A stretch of 64,000 nucleotides of DNA from Podarcis cretensis (taxonomy: Eukaryota): positions 50,964,001 through 51,028,000 of the forward strand of contig OX638156.1 in NCBI GenBank assembly GCA_951804945.1. The letters are read 5' to 3'. Shown here piece after piece: positions 1 to 13,029 of the stretch. A model generated the notes under the pieces. That model searched no databases, had not been told where the DNA came from, and saw nothing but the letters and a program-made list of their open reading frames with translations. The first letter of the stretch is position 1. Every line of letters starts with the position of its first letter. Made by a program: the position numbers and the translations under genes.

Positions 1-1662
1 ATGCATTCATTTCAGAGGAAGCAGAAGAGATCATAAAAGCAGCAGGCACATGAGAATACAAAACCTTATCTAAAACTCTTTTGTTAGAGATAGAAACGCG
101 CTATGAAGGAATGATTTTTGCATTATGGTGCTCCATTGGGGAGCAAGCAGAAATAAGATCCTTTAACACAGCATCTCCCTTCTTTCCTGCCCACCCACCC
201 CCACCAGCAAGAATGGCGCCAAAATTTCCTTATTAACAGTGCATATCCTCCTTTAGAGAAATAAATCTGACATTTAGATGTGGCTGTTACTAGTGACCTC
301 CTGAGTCTGGGCTATTGTGTTTGTTTTGAGCCAACCAAAAGCATATCAGTGATATTTCAAAAAGGAACCAAGGCTTAAGGATGAGTCAATACTGTAAAGA
401 AGAAAAGAGGATCCTGGCTCAGACTGGCAACTTCTGCTCAGCAAGAAAAGTTGGGGGGAATTGTTGTCCTTTCCCCTAGACTGGAATAACATGTGAATCT
501 ATATAATAATACACATACACAAGCCAAGAGTTGGCAACTTGGCACCCATGAGCACAATGGCACCCTTGAGGTCTTGCTTGGGTGTTCACAAAGGCTTTTG
601 GCCTACCCACCCACATTCACTGTCTTATTGCCTGTGAAGTTGTGAGGGGGGTGGTCCTACTTTCTCCCCCTTGAAAAGTGTATAGCTATAGCACTAAAGG
701 AGGAAGTTGGAAGAATGTTGCTCTTTCCCACATCCTCTTTCACTTCTATGTGTTTTTCAAGGCTCAGATTACGTATTTTATTTAGATCCTTTGGAAAAGC
801 AGAACGCATATGTGTGCGTGTGAGCATTTTCACTCTTTCTGTCTCTCGGGATGGGGGCTGTTCTAGGGAGAGACGGGATAAGAGGCATTGGCACGCCCTC
901 AAAATTCCAGATGTGCCCAGAAAATGGTTCCCATGCCAGGTTTCAGCTGCAGAATGAGGAACATGTTCAGCACCTCTGAACATGTGCAGAGAATATTTTG
1001 TTTACCACTGGGATGCAGCAAATCCCCAAATACTTAGCTGGTTAAACATTTGTCTTAATTTTGTTTAGATTGGTTTTTATTGGTTATTAAAATGATTTTA
1101 AATGGTTGCATTGGTGGCCACTTTACCAGGAAAGCAGACTACATATGTACGCAGAAAATTAACAAGCAAAATCAACAAACCAATGGGGGTGAGTTTCAAG
1201 ACAAACCGTAGCCCTGGTACTTCTCTTTTCTGGAGGAAAAAAGCATTCCCTACTGGAGCTGTTTGTAAGGTGGAATCTGCTGATCACCACGAGCTGCTGC
1301 AGGTTAAACAGGCAATTCTGACTCAGCAAGGAGTTCTGCAACCTGTAGAATGGGTTGGATGAAATGCAAAGAATTTGGACAGAATCCAGACACAGTTAAA
1401 TAAACAGCTCTGTTTGGGCTAGGAGAAAAGCGTGTTTGCTCTGTCTCTACTGTTGGAAAAGGACAGTGGATGCTCTTGGATGTTGGGGGCCTCCTTTGAA
1501 ATGAGCATCACCTCTGCTGGCAGTGCTGCACCCCCAAAGCCCCTTCATGACTCTTAGGTTAAAAAACAACCAGATTGTTACCCACACTAGTCCATGTATT
1601 CCCCAGGGCCCCATCATCCCAATCTAATAGATCAGAGCATGCTGACTGCAGAACTGGCAAAG

Positions 1663-1665
<3 letters not shown>

Positions 1666-1698
<33 letters not shown>
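1666..1698 (+). repeat. (CAG)11 microsatellite
   Basis: Direct reading. Confidence 0.95.
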
Positions 1699-1699
<1 letters not shown>

Positions 1700-2778
1700 T
1701 TTGGATCCATGGCTTGATTGCTCACAACGTAGTTTGGGAGGCATTCTCAAACCCCAAATGTTGTCAGCAGCTCAGAAAAGAAGATGTTGCTCTCACTGAA
1801 ATTCCCCCTTTCACTGCCCTTGCTTTGAGCTGGCTAAATGGAGACTTCTTGTTCTCTCTGCTCAATGCTAATAGTTTCATTGCCCCTGGAGCAAGCAAGG
1901 GCTGTGGGCTCCCTCTCCCCTTAGCTCCAGTCCATTAGGGAATATTGCCCCCTCAATTCATTCAGTGCTGCTAGTACATCTCTATTGGGAATCAATGCCC
2001 AACTCCCCCACCCTCCTCCTGCTGGGCACATTGCGCTGCTGCTGCACATCTGTGGATGAGAGGAGGAGGCATGGAAATTAAAGAGCACTTTGTTTTTCCA
2101 GCATGATGTGCAGGGATGCTACAGCAAAATTCTGTAAGTGCATATATACACACACACTTGCAATCATGTAAGGGTACGCTGGAGGACTCAAATTCAGGAC
2201 ACAAGTGCTGGAGGAGGGTAGTTTTGTGGGGGAGAGTGATGTGAAAAACGAGAGCAGTGTTGACCATGGGTCCTCCCAGCACATCAACATGCATGCTTAG
2301 CTAGCTGGGATTTGCATTTATGTTCTGGGTAACAGCACCAACATCCTGCCTGTTAATGAGCGGGTAGGACCCAGCCTGCCAATCATTTGTGGCACAAACC
2401 TCATGTGCCCCTGTTGTAGGGTGCCAGTTGCCTGATAGCTGGCACAGTGCTGGGGCAGTCCCTGTGTGTGGCCTTGGCACAATGGATGAGGCGGAGAGTG
2501 ATTTCCCAAGCTCAGAGGTTCTGCTTTTCTGTGTCTCTCTAGCTGAGCCCTTTATATGAGTGGACTGTGCAGACACAGGCTTTCTGGCACCAGCCATGAT
2601 GTAAAGAGGGAGAGGGGGCACACATGCAAAGTCCTAGCTCCTGGGGAGGGTCATGTGTACCACAACAAGTCCCTGACTTAGCTGCCAACACTGGGCAAAG
2701 TGAACGTCTCATCAGAGCATCTGGGGAGACCTGAGCTATGACCTACAGGGAACACCAAAGAATAGGATTTACTACAGG

Positions 2779-2899
2779 AGCCTTCCCCAACCTGGTGCCC
2801 TCCAGCTGTTTTGGACCACAATTCTCATCATCCCCAGCCAGTGCTGCTGATGGGAATCATACACCAAAACAGCTGGAGGGAATCAGGTTGGGGAAAGCT
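2779..2899. mobile_element. Palindromic MITE (hAT-like); related copies near 6070, 22245, 37345, 40640, 45930, 47140, 50000
   Basis: Long inverted repeat AGCCTTCCCCAACCTGGTGCCCTCCAGCTGTTTTGG ... CCAAAACAGCTGGAGGGAATCAGGTTGGGGAAAGCT. The same sequence family recurs across the window. Confidence 0.75.
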
Positions 2900-3662
2900 G
2901 CTGGCTCAGAGTCTCTCGTTGTGTGACTGTTCTAGACTCTTGTGCAATTGCATTGCTGGGATTACCTGCACATACCGAAGCCAAGGCTGCTGGCATGTCT
3001 TCCACCCCTTGGGTACAAAACTGATGGCCATGGAGTAGGGGGTCAGTGGGGAGACATCTGAGCACACACAGCCCATGGCTCACAGTCAGGACAGTGGTTC
3101 TGGTGGCATCTTCCTTCCTCCTGACAGACCAGCCTTTGTTCTGGGTCTGCCTGCCAGCCTGCTCTCAAACAGACCAGTCCTTTGTCATTGCAACTCCCAG
3201 CAGCAGCTGGTTCCTTAGCAGGAGCCCCAGGTTCTTGGTACCCATCTGTAAATTGCCCTGGGAGAAAGTGCCAACCTTTCTTCCTTTGCCACTCTTCAGG
3301 CAAAGCCAGCTGCTGCGCTTCCTGTTTTGTCCCACACCTCTCTGGGTAGCTCTAGGAGTCCTTTTAGAGTTATGAGGCAGGGGGTGTTTAATACTGGGGA
3401 AGGGGGAGATAAGGCCCCTCCCCCTTTCCTGGATGAGCTCTTCATCCAAGGCTGAGCAAACAGAAGAAAGGGCAAGGAGAAGGAAGGAAACAAGGGCTAG
3501 GGAGGGGTGTATCAGGTGTCTGCAAACACAGCCCCTTTGTTAATAGCCTCACAGCTGCAAAGAGCCTCTTGCGGCAGATTGTGCAGCTTTGCTCATTTAC
3601 CCCCTTTTTCAGTTTGGGGTGCCCATCCTAGAAGAAAGCTGCACAATGATTCTTTGAAGCCT

Positions 3663-3946
3663 GGATATCTCAGTTGGTTAGAGCATGGTGCTGATAATGC
3701 CAAGGCTGCAGGTTCGATCCCTGTATAGGATAAGGTTACGAGATGTCCCCGTTTCCTGGGGACAGTCCCCGGATTTACAGCTTTCTCAGCATTCAGATGT
3801 ACATAGCAAACAATAAGTGTCCCTGGATTCATTTTAAAAATCTGGTAGCCTTAGTATAGGACAGCTGCCTATTCCTGCATTGCAGGGGATGGGACTTAGA
3901 TGATCCTCCGGGTCCCTTCCAACTCTACAATTATATGATTCTAAGA
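3663..3946 (+). mobile_element. tRNA(Ile)-derived SINE with CR1-like 3' tail, interrupted by a hAT MITE
   Basis: Head with A box (TCAGTTGGTTAGAGC) and B box (GGTTCGATCC). The tail GGTCCCTTCCAACTCTACAATTATATGATTCTAAGA resembles the CR1 3' end. Confidence 0.8.
3731..3853. mobile_element. Non-autonomous hAT element (Blackjack-like TIRs), 123 bp, 8-bp TSD GTATAGGA
   Basis: TSD at 3723-3730 and 3854-3861. TIRs are TAAGGTTACGAGAT and ATCTGGTAGCCTTA. Confidence 0.85.
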
Positions 3947-4511
3947 CCATGAGCCCGCAGAGGTGCATCTGTGTGGCTTGGCTTGGCCTGAATGGGAGCT
4001 ACATAAAGAGGGAAATGGGAAGGGAAGATGAGAGGACAAAGACCACAGGGGTATTGCAGGTTGGCATTCCAATTACGTAAAAAAGAGGGCACAGATTTCC
4101 ATATGAAATTTTATATGTATGGATGTACAGCCAGGCATCCTTTTCTCATAGTAGCTACCCAGATGTCAGTGGGGAACCCTCAAGCAGGAGCTGAGCCCAA
4201 GTGCCCTCTCCTCACTTTGATTCCCAGCAACTGCTGTTCAGAAGCAGGTTGCCTCTGACTGTGGAGGCAGAGCATAGCCATCATGGCTAGGAGCCACTGA
4301 CAGACTTACCATCCATGAATCTGGAAGGCCTTTGGTTGGCAGAGGCTTGGTTAAGGGCTTGGAGCCGAACAGAAAGCTATTAAGGAGTGAGGCTGCAGGA
4401 GGAACCTGCAGGAAGAGCAACAGCAAATATCTTAAGTTGAAGTTTAAGTGGCAGAACTGTGGGAGACGCTTCTCACATGGTGCCAGTCTCTGCTAGATGC
4501 AAGGAGGGGAT

Positions 4512-4546
<35 letters not shown>

Positions 4547-5236
4547 GGGAGACAGCCAAGTTGCAGCTAGACATGGTTGAGGCGGCAGGCTGGATTAATC
4601 CTTGCAGCCGAATTCAGCACAGGAGGGTGAAGAAATGCAAAAAATGGAGAGCCAAAGAAAAGAGGAATGCTGTAGCTCAGCCGAACGGTGACCCAACACC
4701 TGAGATTTGGTAGAAGCGGGAGGTGGAAGTTGTTCCTTGGTTTCTCATCTGCCATGAATAAGTTGCAGGAGTGGCCTGGATAAGGAGCTGGAGTTTAAGG
4801 ACAGAGAAGCATTAGAAAAGCCATCATCCTGTTCTCACAGTGGCCAATGAGGTGCCTGTGGGAAACCCTCAAGCAGAACCTGAGTGCAATAGCACCCAGC
4901 AAGTGGTCTTCAGAAGCATTACAGCCTCCGACTGTGGAGGCAGAACCATCGTGGCTAGTAGCCATCCAGGCTGGTGGTCAGTTTAGGGGTCTGTTCCCAG
5001 AATTCGCTGCAGAAACAAAGGGCAGTCCCGCTCAGTTTCCTTCCTGCCAATTGGGGGGGGGGGGCTTGTATGGGAAACAGGCCTCTCCTACCTGTTGGCC
5101 AACAAGCCTAACTGTATCCACCTGAACTGAAAAGGGATGCTGATGCCGGGTGGGTCTGATCAGGCCTGCGTAGTGATTCTCCCTTTGCTCTCCTACCATG
5201 TCTCCTGTAAGCAGATGCAATCCTTTGTCGTTTCAG

Positions 5237-8200
5237 AGCTGATTAAAGGGGCCCAAACGCCAGAGCGGCTGGCCCCCATTATTGTACCCATACATGGACT
5301 GGTGGAAGAGCCCCACAGCCCCCCTGCTGAGGAAGAAGGAGGGATACCAATCCCCACTTCCGGGCTGCTGCAGGTTGCGGAACGCAGGCGTAAGTAAAAC
5401 CTGGAAGGAAGGAGTTGGCTCTCTGCTGGCTGTAGGAGAAGGCAAAGACCTGTCTGGGCCCCTAGCCCAGCTCAGCAACTCCCCCTGAGATCCTGGACTC
5501 CCTTACAGCTGCATCTCCTGGGAGCTGCAGAAAGGCCCACCTGGGAGCTTACCACAAATAAGAAGCATACTTTGCATTCATTTAAAGTGCAGAGGCTAAA
5601 AGGCTGAGCTACGGAATCAGGAAAGTCCCTGGCTCAAATCTTGCCTCTGCCATTAACTCGCCAGTGTTCCCTCTCCGGCCTCAGTCTGCAGACCATCTGC
5701 AGTGTGGGGAGGGCATGTCCGAGTCCAGGACAACTGACCCTATCAGAGGGCCTTCTCGTCTGTTCCCACACTGCCTAACTGGTCATGGTTCTCACTGACA
5801 TCTTGTCTCCACAGAACCTTTGAGCAGCGTCTCCTCCCTTGAGGTGCACTTTGACCTTCTGGACCTAACTGAGCTTACAGACATGTCTGACCAGGAGCTA
5901 GCGGAGGTCTTTGCTGACTCTGATGATGAGAACACAGGCAATGAATCCCCTGCTGGTAAGTGTGGTTGCTCGATTTAATCGTAAACCAATTAATTATGCA
6001 AGCTTTAAAATGGAGGAACTAATTAGTCAATTCCAACTGCATACATCTGCATAGACCTAAGATAGCTCCAAAGGTTGGGGGAGAAACATGTTGGGATTCA
6101 AAAGAGGGATCAGCAAGCTGTGGCCCTTGAAATGTTGCTGGACTACAACTCCTATCATCCTTGACAAAAGAGCGCAAGATGAGACTGCCGGGTCGAGCCA
6201 ACGGCTGCAGATCTAATGATCAATGTGGCACTCATCCTGCTAGGCATGTGGGCAGAGGCAGTGTCACATAAATTGGCTTTACAAAGCAGCTAAGCAAGTG
6301 CCTTATCCGGGGGGGGGGGGGTGTCAGCTGACACCTTTCCACCCATCCCACCCTCTAGTAATCTCACTTGCAAGTGTGAGATTACTTAGGAGAAGCATAT
6401 CTGGAGAGGCGACTCTGCTCTCCAGTTTTGATCCTAGGAAATTTTCAAACCACAAACGAAGTTACCGTTTCTGCAGCTTCTTAGAATGCTTTCCTTTTTA
6501 TACCATAGTTCCTGCTGGTTGGGATTAATGTTGTTACCCCATTCAGTAGGATTTTATTGATTTCAGTATAATTCTGGTCTGTTGTTCCCCTCCCCAGGCT
6601 TTAAGTTTAACAAGAAGCAGTTCAGACATGATGCCACAAAGGGCCTAAGCATCAGATGTATGCCCTGAGATCTGTTGCCTTCCAACCTGAAGCATATTCA
6701 ATTGCAAAATGGCAACTCTGTATGGTGCCTTATGGCTCCGCAAAATATGTTTCTGTACTCAGGTGCCCTAATTTCCTTTTTCTTTTTCGTCATGTATCTA
6801 ATTCTCAAAATTACTTTTTAAAAACTGTTGATGTTCAGTGCACAAGAGTGAGTCTATGAGGCCCAATTCTTGCAGCGTAATCTTATCCATCTCTAGCCAG
6901 AGGTAAGTCCCACTGAGTTCTATGGTGCTTACTCCCAGTTAAGTGGGAACAGGATTGCAAACAGAGTAAGATGCTTTTAATCAGCTAGGCAAGATCTAGG
7001 GCACAAAGACTAGGGCAGTGGCAGGGGGAAGAGTGCCTGGCAACTGCCTTGTGGGGCTTGCACATCACCCCAGGCAGAGCTGCTGCGGCAGAAAGGTCAC
7101 CTGAGCCAATCAACCCCACCTGTGATGATAAGGAACCCAAGCATGGAGTGACAGTGTGAAATCTGCTTAATCAAGCATGCCGGTAGGGGTGTGTGTGCGC
7201 CTCATTAAGCAGCCCAGCTGTGCCAAGAGTCTCAGAAAACAGATAGCATTTGACAGGTGTCTCAGAAAAGGAGACACTTTGGCTTAGAGGATGTTCTCTT
7301 TGATTGTGGAAAATATCAAGCTTCTCCCTGGGGCAAGCTGGTTCTCCTCTGAGTGATGATGTCCTCATTATCTGCTTGAGGATGATGCGCAAGCTATTGC
7401 TCTAGGGAGGGCTTGCGCACTGTGTGTGTAGGGAGGAGGGAGGGCTCCCCATCCCATGATTCCAGGCCCTCTTCTCCTGCCCCTCCCAGAGCAATGGCAC
7501 GATGAGCAGCTGTGCTGAGAGGGGTATGAAGAGGGTGTCTGCGATGGTGTCTGCGGAGGCAGCAGCTGCATCCCAGTGACACAGATGGAGTGGAAATGCA
7601 GATCAGCCTCCTTGGTGGGAAAGTGTGAGTGGAATTAATGAGGAGAGTTCCCTGCACTCTCAGCAGAGAAGAAGAGGCAGGGAGGGAAATCCAGGCTGCA
7701 GGTCGGCTTTTTGATTTGTTATTATTGGCCATCATGTGCATGGATCACACAGAATGAGGCGAGCAGACTCTCAGGGGATCTGCCAAAAACACCCAGTGGA
7801 TCCCACACCTCTGTTCTACTTCTTCACAGAAAATGCAGGGCTCAAAGTCCTCCCTCTTTCACTGGGAGGCTGCGTCTGGAAAGGGAGCCTATTTGATTTT
7901 GAGCAGGCCTTGCAAAATGTATTGGCTGCACAGGCCGCAAGTACAGCAAGGGAGACCCACGTGAGCTGCTCATCAAGGCCCCACGGAACTAGCTGGATGT
8001 GTCCTTTGATGTGGACACAGCTGGGAGCTGGCGCTGCGCATGACTAGCTGCCCCTCGCCGGAGTGGGAGGACTTTGTGTTTCTCACTGAGAATTTTAAGT
8101 TGGCTACTGTTTTTATCTGCTTCTCTTCTGCTCTGCTGTTGTTTTATCTGCTTTGGATATTTGTTTTGTTTTTATTGTACATTGCTTCAGATAGCTGCCT

Positions 8201-9350
8201 TTGACACCCAGTATGTGGAAAGATGGGTCATAAATTAAGGGCTCGTCCAAACTTGACTTGTATTTTGATTGCATTCTGCCCTGATTACTGTACTTTTCCA
8301 TCTATAAGATGAGGGTCTTTAATTTAAACATTAGCTTTAAAATTATCCCTCGTCTTATACTTGGGTAGTGCAGAGTGGGGTTGGGCGATTGGTCACAGCT
8401 GCAAGCAGGAGATTCTCAGTGGCAATAGTGCTGGTGATTGGTGGCTGTGAGAAGGGCTGCTGGCGATTGGCTGCCATTTTCCATTTTCTTAATTTGAAGT
8501 CCCCCAAAATAGGGGGCGTGTTATACATGGAAAAATACGGTAATTCCCCAGGGTCCGAGAGGTTTTCTCATTGTTCTGCAGCTGTGCCTTGCAAAAACCA
8601 GTTCTTACCCACTGAACTGGATCTCCTCAGATGCATGGAAAATCCGAAGAGAGAGGTTGCTTACCGAGCTTCTGAGTCAACGGGTACAATGGATTTTTCT
8701 CAAGGCACAGTCACAGAACAATGGGGAAACTCTTAGACCTGGGGGAATTAGTTGGTACACGATGCAATCAAAATACGGGTAGACGAAAGTGTGGCTGAGC
8801 CCTGANNNNNNNNNNNNNNNNNNNNNNNNNNNNNNNNNNNNNNNNNNNNNNNNNNNNNNNNNNNNNNNNNNNNNNNNNNNNNNNNNNNNNNNNNNNNNNN
8901 NNNNNNNNNNNNNNNNNNNNNNNNNNNNNNNNNNAAACAGGAAATTTGCCAAAAAAAAAACCCCAACACTTCCAATGTAGGCTGTCATATACCTGGATTT
9001 TCCCAAACATTCTAAACGATTTCTGAAAATTCTGCCTGGATGCTATTTTTGCGGACAAATCCCCAGATACGTCTGGGAAATTCCAGACATACGGCAGTCC
9101 TAACGAAAGGTCTGTCGGTGTGAGGAAGCAACCAGGTGTGCTGGTCAGGTCCCGACCTGCCTTTCTTTCTCTCGGCATAGGTCTGCACCCCCACCCCCAC
9201 CCTAACCCCCGGGCCGGCTACCTGCGCTCCCCATCCTGGACGAGGTCAAAAGGTGATCAGGGCCGGGAGAAGAAGCACCTCAGCGACTCAGAGCTCCAGG
9301 CCAGCAAAGCAGACACTTTCCTTACTGTGGAGAAGCCGAAAGAAGAATAA
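5237..9350 (+). CDS. DBNDD1: Dysbindin domain-containing protein 1, last three coding exons (5237-5389, 5815-5955, 9181-9350); first coding exon not identified in window
   Basis: The spliced translation ELIKGAQ...[16 protein letters not shown]|[40 protein letters not shown]...SPAG|[21 protein letters not shown]...[12 protein letters not shown] matches the DBNDD1 dysbindin domain as I recall it. All junctions are AG/GT and phase 1. The gene is convergent with AFG3L1 as in human. Confidence 0.93.
8288..8540. mobile_element. Tc1/mariner-superfamily (Tc2-like) MITE with TA TSD
   Basis: TA-CTGTACTTTTCCATCTATAAGA ... TGTTATACATGGAAAAATACGG-TA, imperfect 22-bp TIRs. Confidence 0.8.
8806..8934. other. 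Sequence gap (129 N)
   Basis: Run of N in the last DBNDD1 intron, beside a MITE. Confidence 0.99.
8978..9102. mobile_element. hAT-like MITE
   Basis: Imperfect TIRs TAGGCTGTCATATACCTGGATTTTCCC and GGGAAATTCCAGACATACGGCAGTCCTA. No clear TSD. Confidence 0.6.
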
Positions 9351-12300
9351 CGAGAGCCAGACCAAGGTGCCAACACTCACTCTTGCACTAACCACAAATT
9401 CCAAGCAATTTGTGACCTTAAGAGACATTCGTTCTGCCTCCTCCTCTGCCTCCCTCCCTCCCTCCCTCCCTCCCTCCCAGGTCAAGACATTTGCCAGTCT
9501 TGCTGGTTGTGTAAAAATCATTTCGCTTAGCCCCCGGCCATGAGTTACATTTGCCCATCAGGACCTTCTCTGCATTGCCATCAACACCAAGCAGCAGATG
9601 CCACGTCTAGGGGAGACGGCTGCAGTCCTGTTTCCTTTAGGCACTTTTGAACCTTTTGCTGCTACCTTCTCAACAAAGCCAGTGGCGATGGACACACCAA
9701 CAAGAGGCTACCTTGCTGGGGACGAGTAGAAACGGGAAAGGGAGAGCGGCTTGAAGCACACAGCAATAGAGAAAAAGTTCCCCTTCTTCAGCCATGTGCC
9801 TTGAGCAATGCTGGGGTGATGGGAGGCAGCGTCTCAGCCAGGGAAAGGAACCTTGTTATACCAAAGGAACCTGGGGGAACTCAGAACCATTTCTACAACA
9901 CTTCCAGGATATGTGATGAAGCCAAAAGTCCAGCTACCAGGAGGACCTGCTGGGAAAGGGGGGAACCAGCCCTCACTTCCGAAAGCACATTTTCTTCCCA
10001 GTGGCCTTAACTCCCAGCTGCTGCTTTGGGGTTTTGGTCTTCTTAGCACACAGCATCCACAGGCTTGGCCTGGCTCAGCATCAGGGCAGCTGCACGCTTC
10101 TCCTCCTGCAACTCTGAGCATTCTCACAACTGCTTTGAAGCCAGGAAGGAGCAGGACCGAATTGAGCAGCTAAGTACGTCCCCTTGTGAACTGGGGAGGC
10201 CTCTTTGTGCCAGTGGAAAGAGGCACGCTGCTGAGACTGCTTCTTGCCCTGTTGTGCATTAAACCAGAAGCTCTCAGCCAAGCGCTGGACCCAGCTTGTG
10301 TTTTCCCTAGTGGTGGCCCTCTGGTGCCTGAATGCCCTTGTAGCAGGGACAGGGAGTTAGTTCAGTCTCTGGGGTCCCCTTCAGCACAGGCTCCTTCCAA
10401 GGCTTACACACCCTCTTGTACCCTATTGAGGTTTGGGGGCCTCAGAAACTTTGGGGGCCCACTGTCCAGTTTACCTTACCTTCCTCACCATGGCTGGTCA
10501 GCCACTTGGTGTTGCCGCTTGGCAGACTGGGCACCTGCTGTTGGCACCCAGTTAGCTAGACCCAGAGGATTGCATCCCCTCTCTCCCCCTCTCCTTCTCA
10601 GGATGGGAAAGCCAGGATGGGGCAGGAACAGCAGCTTCTCTCTCCCAGCCCAACACCATTCAAATCATGTTGCTCCATTCACTTTGCAAATGTGCCGCAG
10701 TCCATACTGGGTTTGCTATCAAAACATGCCTGTCAGTGACATTGAACCGGAGGCTGAGAGGTGGCAACTTGCAGCTGAGGCCATTCAGTTAGGTGGGACC
10801 ACAGGCCAGAGCTCAGCCCAGCCCTCTGATCCATCAACCACACTGACTCTCCGGACCTCCAACGGAAACGGGGGCACTGCACAAGCCCCAAAGCCTACAG
10901 AGTAACTGCACAGCCCTGTTCTGGGTGACTGCATCTTTCTGGGGGAGGGAGTGTGGGGGGGAACGGCTCCACAGCCTGAGACACCGCAGTAGCCATGGGC
11001 GAAGGGAATGCTGCATTTCTTTTCAGCCACCAAGAGAGGTGGTCTGGGCCTTAGTTTAAAGCCGGTTTCCTTGCCAAACAGATCAGAGGGCGACAAAATC
11101 TTCTCATGCATTCCTGGGATGAGTCTGTAGCAAGCAGCAGCCTCCATCCTCTGCAGCAAAATGCTGGCATCTTAAGGCAAGAGGGATTTGTGTCAAGACA
11201 AATGGAGCTGCAGATGCGTTCCTTCCTCCTCTTTGGGAATTAAAAAATGCACAGCCCTCAGCCCTCTCCACTTTGCCTGCCATGCCAGAGGAGATAAACT
11301 TTCAAGCCCCATTGTGGAGCGCAGAGCGTAGATGACGAGGACTCTGAGGCCTGTCCAGAGTTTCACGGCTTAACAGATAAGCATCTGCTGATTGCAGCAC
11401 AAGCTGATCTCGCAGCCAGCTGAAGTGGAAATGCTGGTGTATCATGATGCCCAGATGACATATGAGCCACCAGGGAATGTGTGTGTGTGTGTGTGCATGT
11501 GCCGAGAGGGGGCTCAGGGAGAACAACAGCTGCCTGCTTCCCAAATTGATCCTTTGCTTCCACAGCCAAATTCAGCTGTTTGCAGGGATGCTCTCAAGTG
11601 CATCCACACCCTTCCAGTTCACAAAACCCAGTTTGTTGTTTATAACACAGGAACCAGAAGCCAACCCTGGAACCCTGAGTCCCTGTGCCAATTTAAACTG
11701 GATCTAACTGGGGCTTGTGGCAGAAGAGGGACATCACCGAAAAGCAGCCACTTCTGGAGGACGTGAGGCTGGTTTCATCCTTGCTATGAACTGAGGAACA
11801 GTCAGCTTTGTTGGCCAAAGTGGAGGCAGGAAGCTGCAGCAGGGATACCACCAGATCAGCACAATAACAGTGGCCCAGAGGCAAGGGGAGCAGGGGAGCC
11901 AAAGCCACTTCCCTGGTGCGCTGCATTTTTCTCACTTGGCACAGCGACAGCATCAAGGCCACTTGAAGGCAAAGGCCATGAAGCTCTTCCAGGTGGCGAG
12001 TTCATGTTTCCATCATGTCCAGCCCCCTCATGCTTGGAGACTCACCTCTGGGTTGCTCACTCTTGGCAAAGCACAATTCCTGTGGACTTGCATTGTGCAC
12101 AGTTGGGAGAAGGCGGCCTCAATAACCCTGACAGATTACCCCTGGGGTCTCCGCTCAAGAGCTGCTGGAGGCTGTCCTTCACAGCAATCAGGGTTTCTTA
12201 AAGCCACAGAACCAAATTTTCTAGGAGCAGCAGCTAGAATGATCCATACCGTTCTCTCGCTCCCTCCTTCCTCATGCCAACAGGTCCAGCCAGTTGCTCA

Positions 12301-13023
12301 GCTGGGGGCTCCTTTGCTCCCTCTGAAATACTCAGCACACGCAACAGTATTTACCTGGGCACAGAGGACCAAGCAGAACTTTTCTGCAGGCACACAATGA
12401 ACAGGGGTCAGGAAGGCAGGAGGTGGCACTTCCAGATACTTCTTGCCCAGCTCTTGGCCTCTCATTGGGCAAGGTGTAAGAGCTGGCAAAACAAAGTCTC
12501 AGTTGCTCTGGCTGAGGCAGTGTGGCAGAACTACAGCTTTTACAGGAGCCAATCAGAAGTGTGCTGGATATCACCTAACGATGACACAACGTGTCCTTTG
12601 CTGTTCTTGGGGCTGGGCTGCAGCGTTGACTCTGTCACACAATCCACTTGCTGGTGCCATGAGCAGGAAAACTGCCCAATCAACCGTGCAGACCCAGGTC
12701 TGACCTTGATGATGCCCTGCACACCACTGTCTTGTCATTCACCCAACAGACGTGTATAATCCAGGTTTCTGCACTTGGGGTTTGAAGTTTGAATGTGCCC
12801 AGTTATGGTTTATTGCTGCCCCCCTCCAACCCCTGGGGTCAGACAGCAGAGGCCTCTAAAGCTGTGGAACAGACCCAGCAATAGATCACAGGGTGTGTCC
12901 TGTCCTGGCAATGTAGTCTGAACCATTAAAGCAAAATCATTGCTTTTTCTGTTGTTTTGCTTTGTTCTTATGAAGCAAGGAAACAAACAAACCCACATGC
13001 AGAAGAAAACAGGCTGTTTATCA

Positions 13024-13029
13024 AATAAA
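13024..13029 (+). terminator. Candidate polyadenylation signal (AATAAA) of DBNDD1
   Basis: First canonical AATAAA I found on + after the stop at 9350, implying a ~3.7-kb 3'UTR. ATTAAA variants occur earlier. Confidence 0.45.

Noticed and set aside
961-985. RE1 half-site TTCAGCACC inside a 10-bp inverted repeat
   Set aside because: The right half of RE1 is missing, and a short hairpin like this is expected by chance.
1594-1938. PolyQ/polyA ORFs across the (CAG)11 repeat
   Set aside because: No homology or convincing exon boundaries; the ORFs are a by-product of the microsatellite.
3663-3730. Apparent tRNA-Ile gene
   Set aside because: No proper acceptor stem or T-run terminator, and it continues into a CR1-like tail, so it is a SINE head.
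4634-4690. Candidate first coding exon of DBNDD1 (MESQRKEECC...)
   Set aside because: The nearby donor is phase 2 while phase 1 is required, and there is no similarity to the known N-terminus.
7736-8047. 103-aa ORF with a donor at 7961 in the DBNDD1 intron
   Set aside because: The phase is incompatible with the DBNDD1 last exon and I recognise no homology.
10186-10905. 239-aa + strand ORF
   Set aside because: Lies in the presumed DBNDD1 3'UTR with no recognisable domain.
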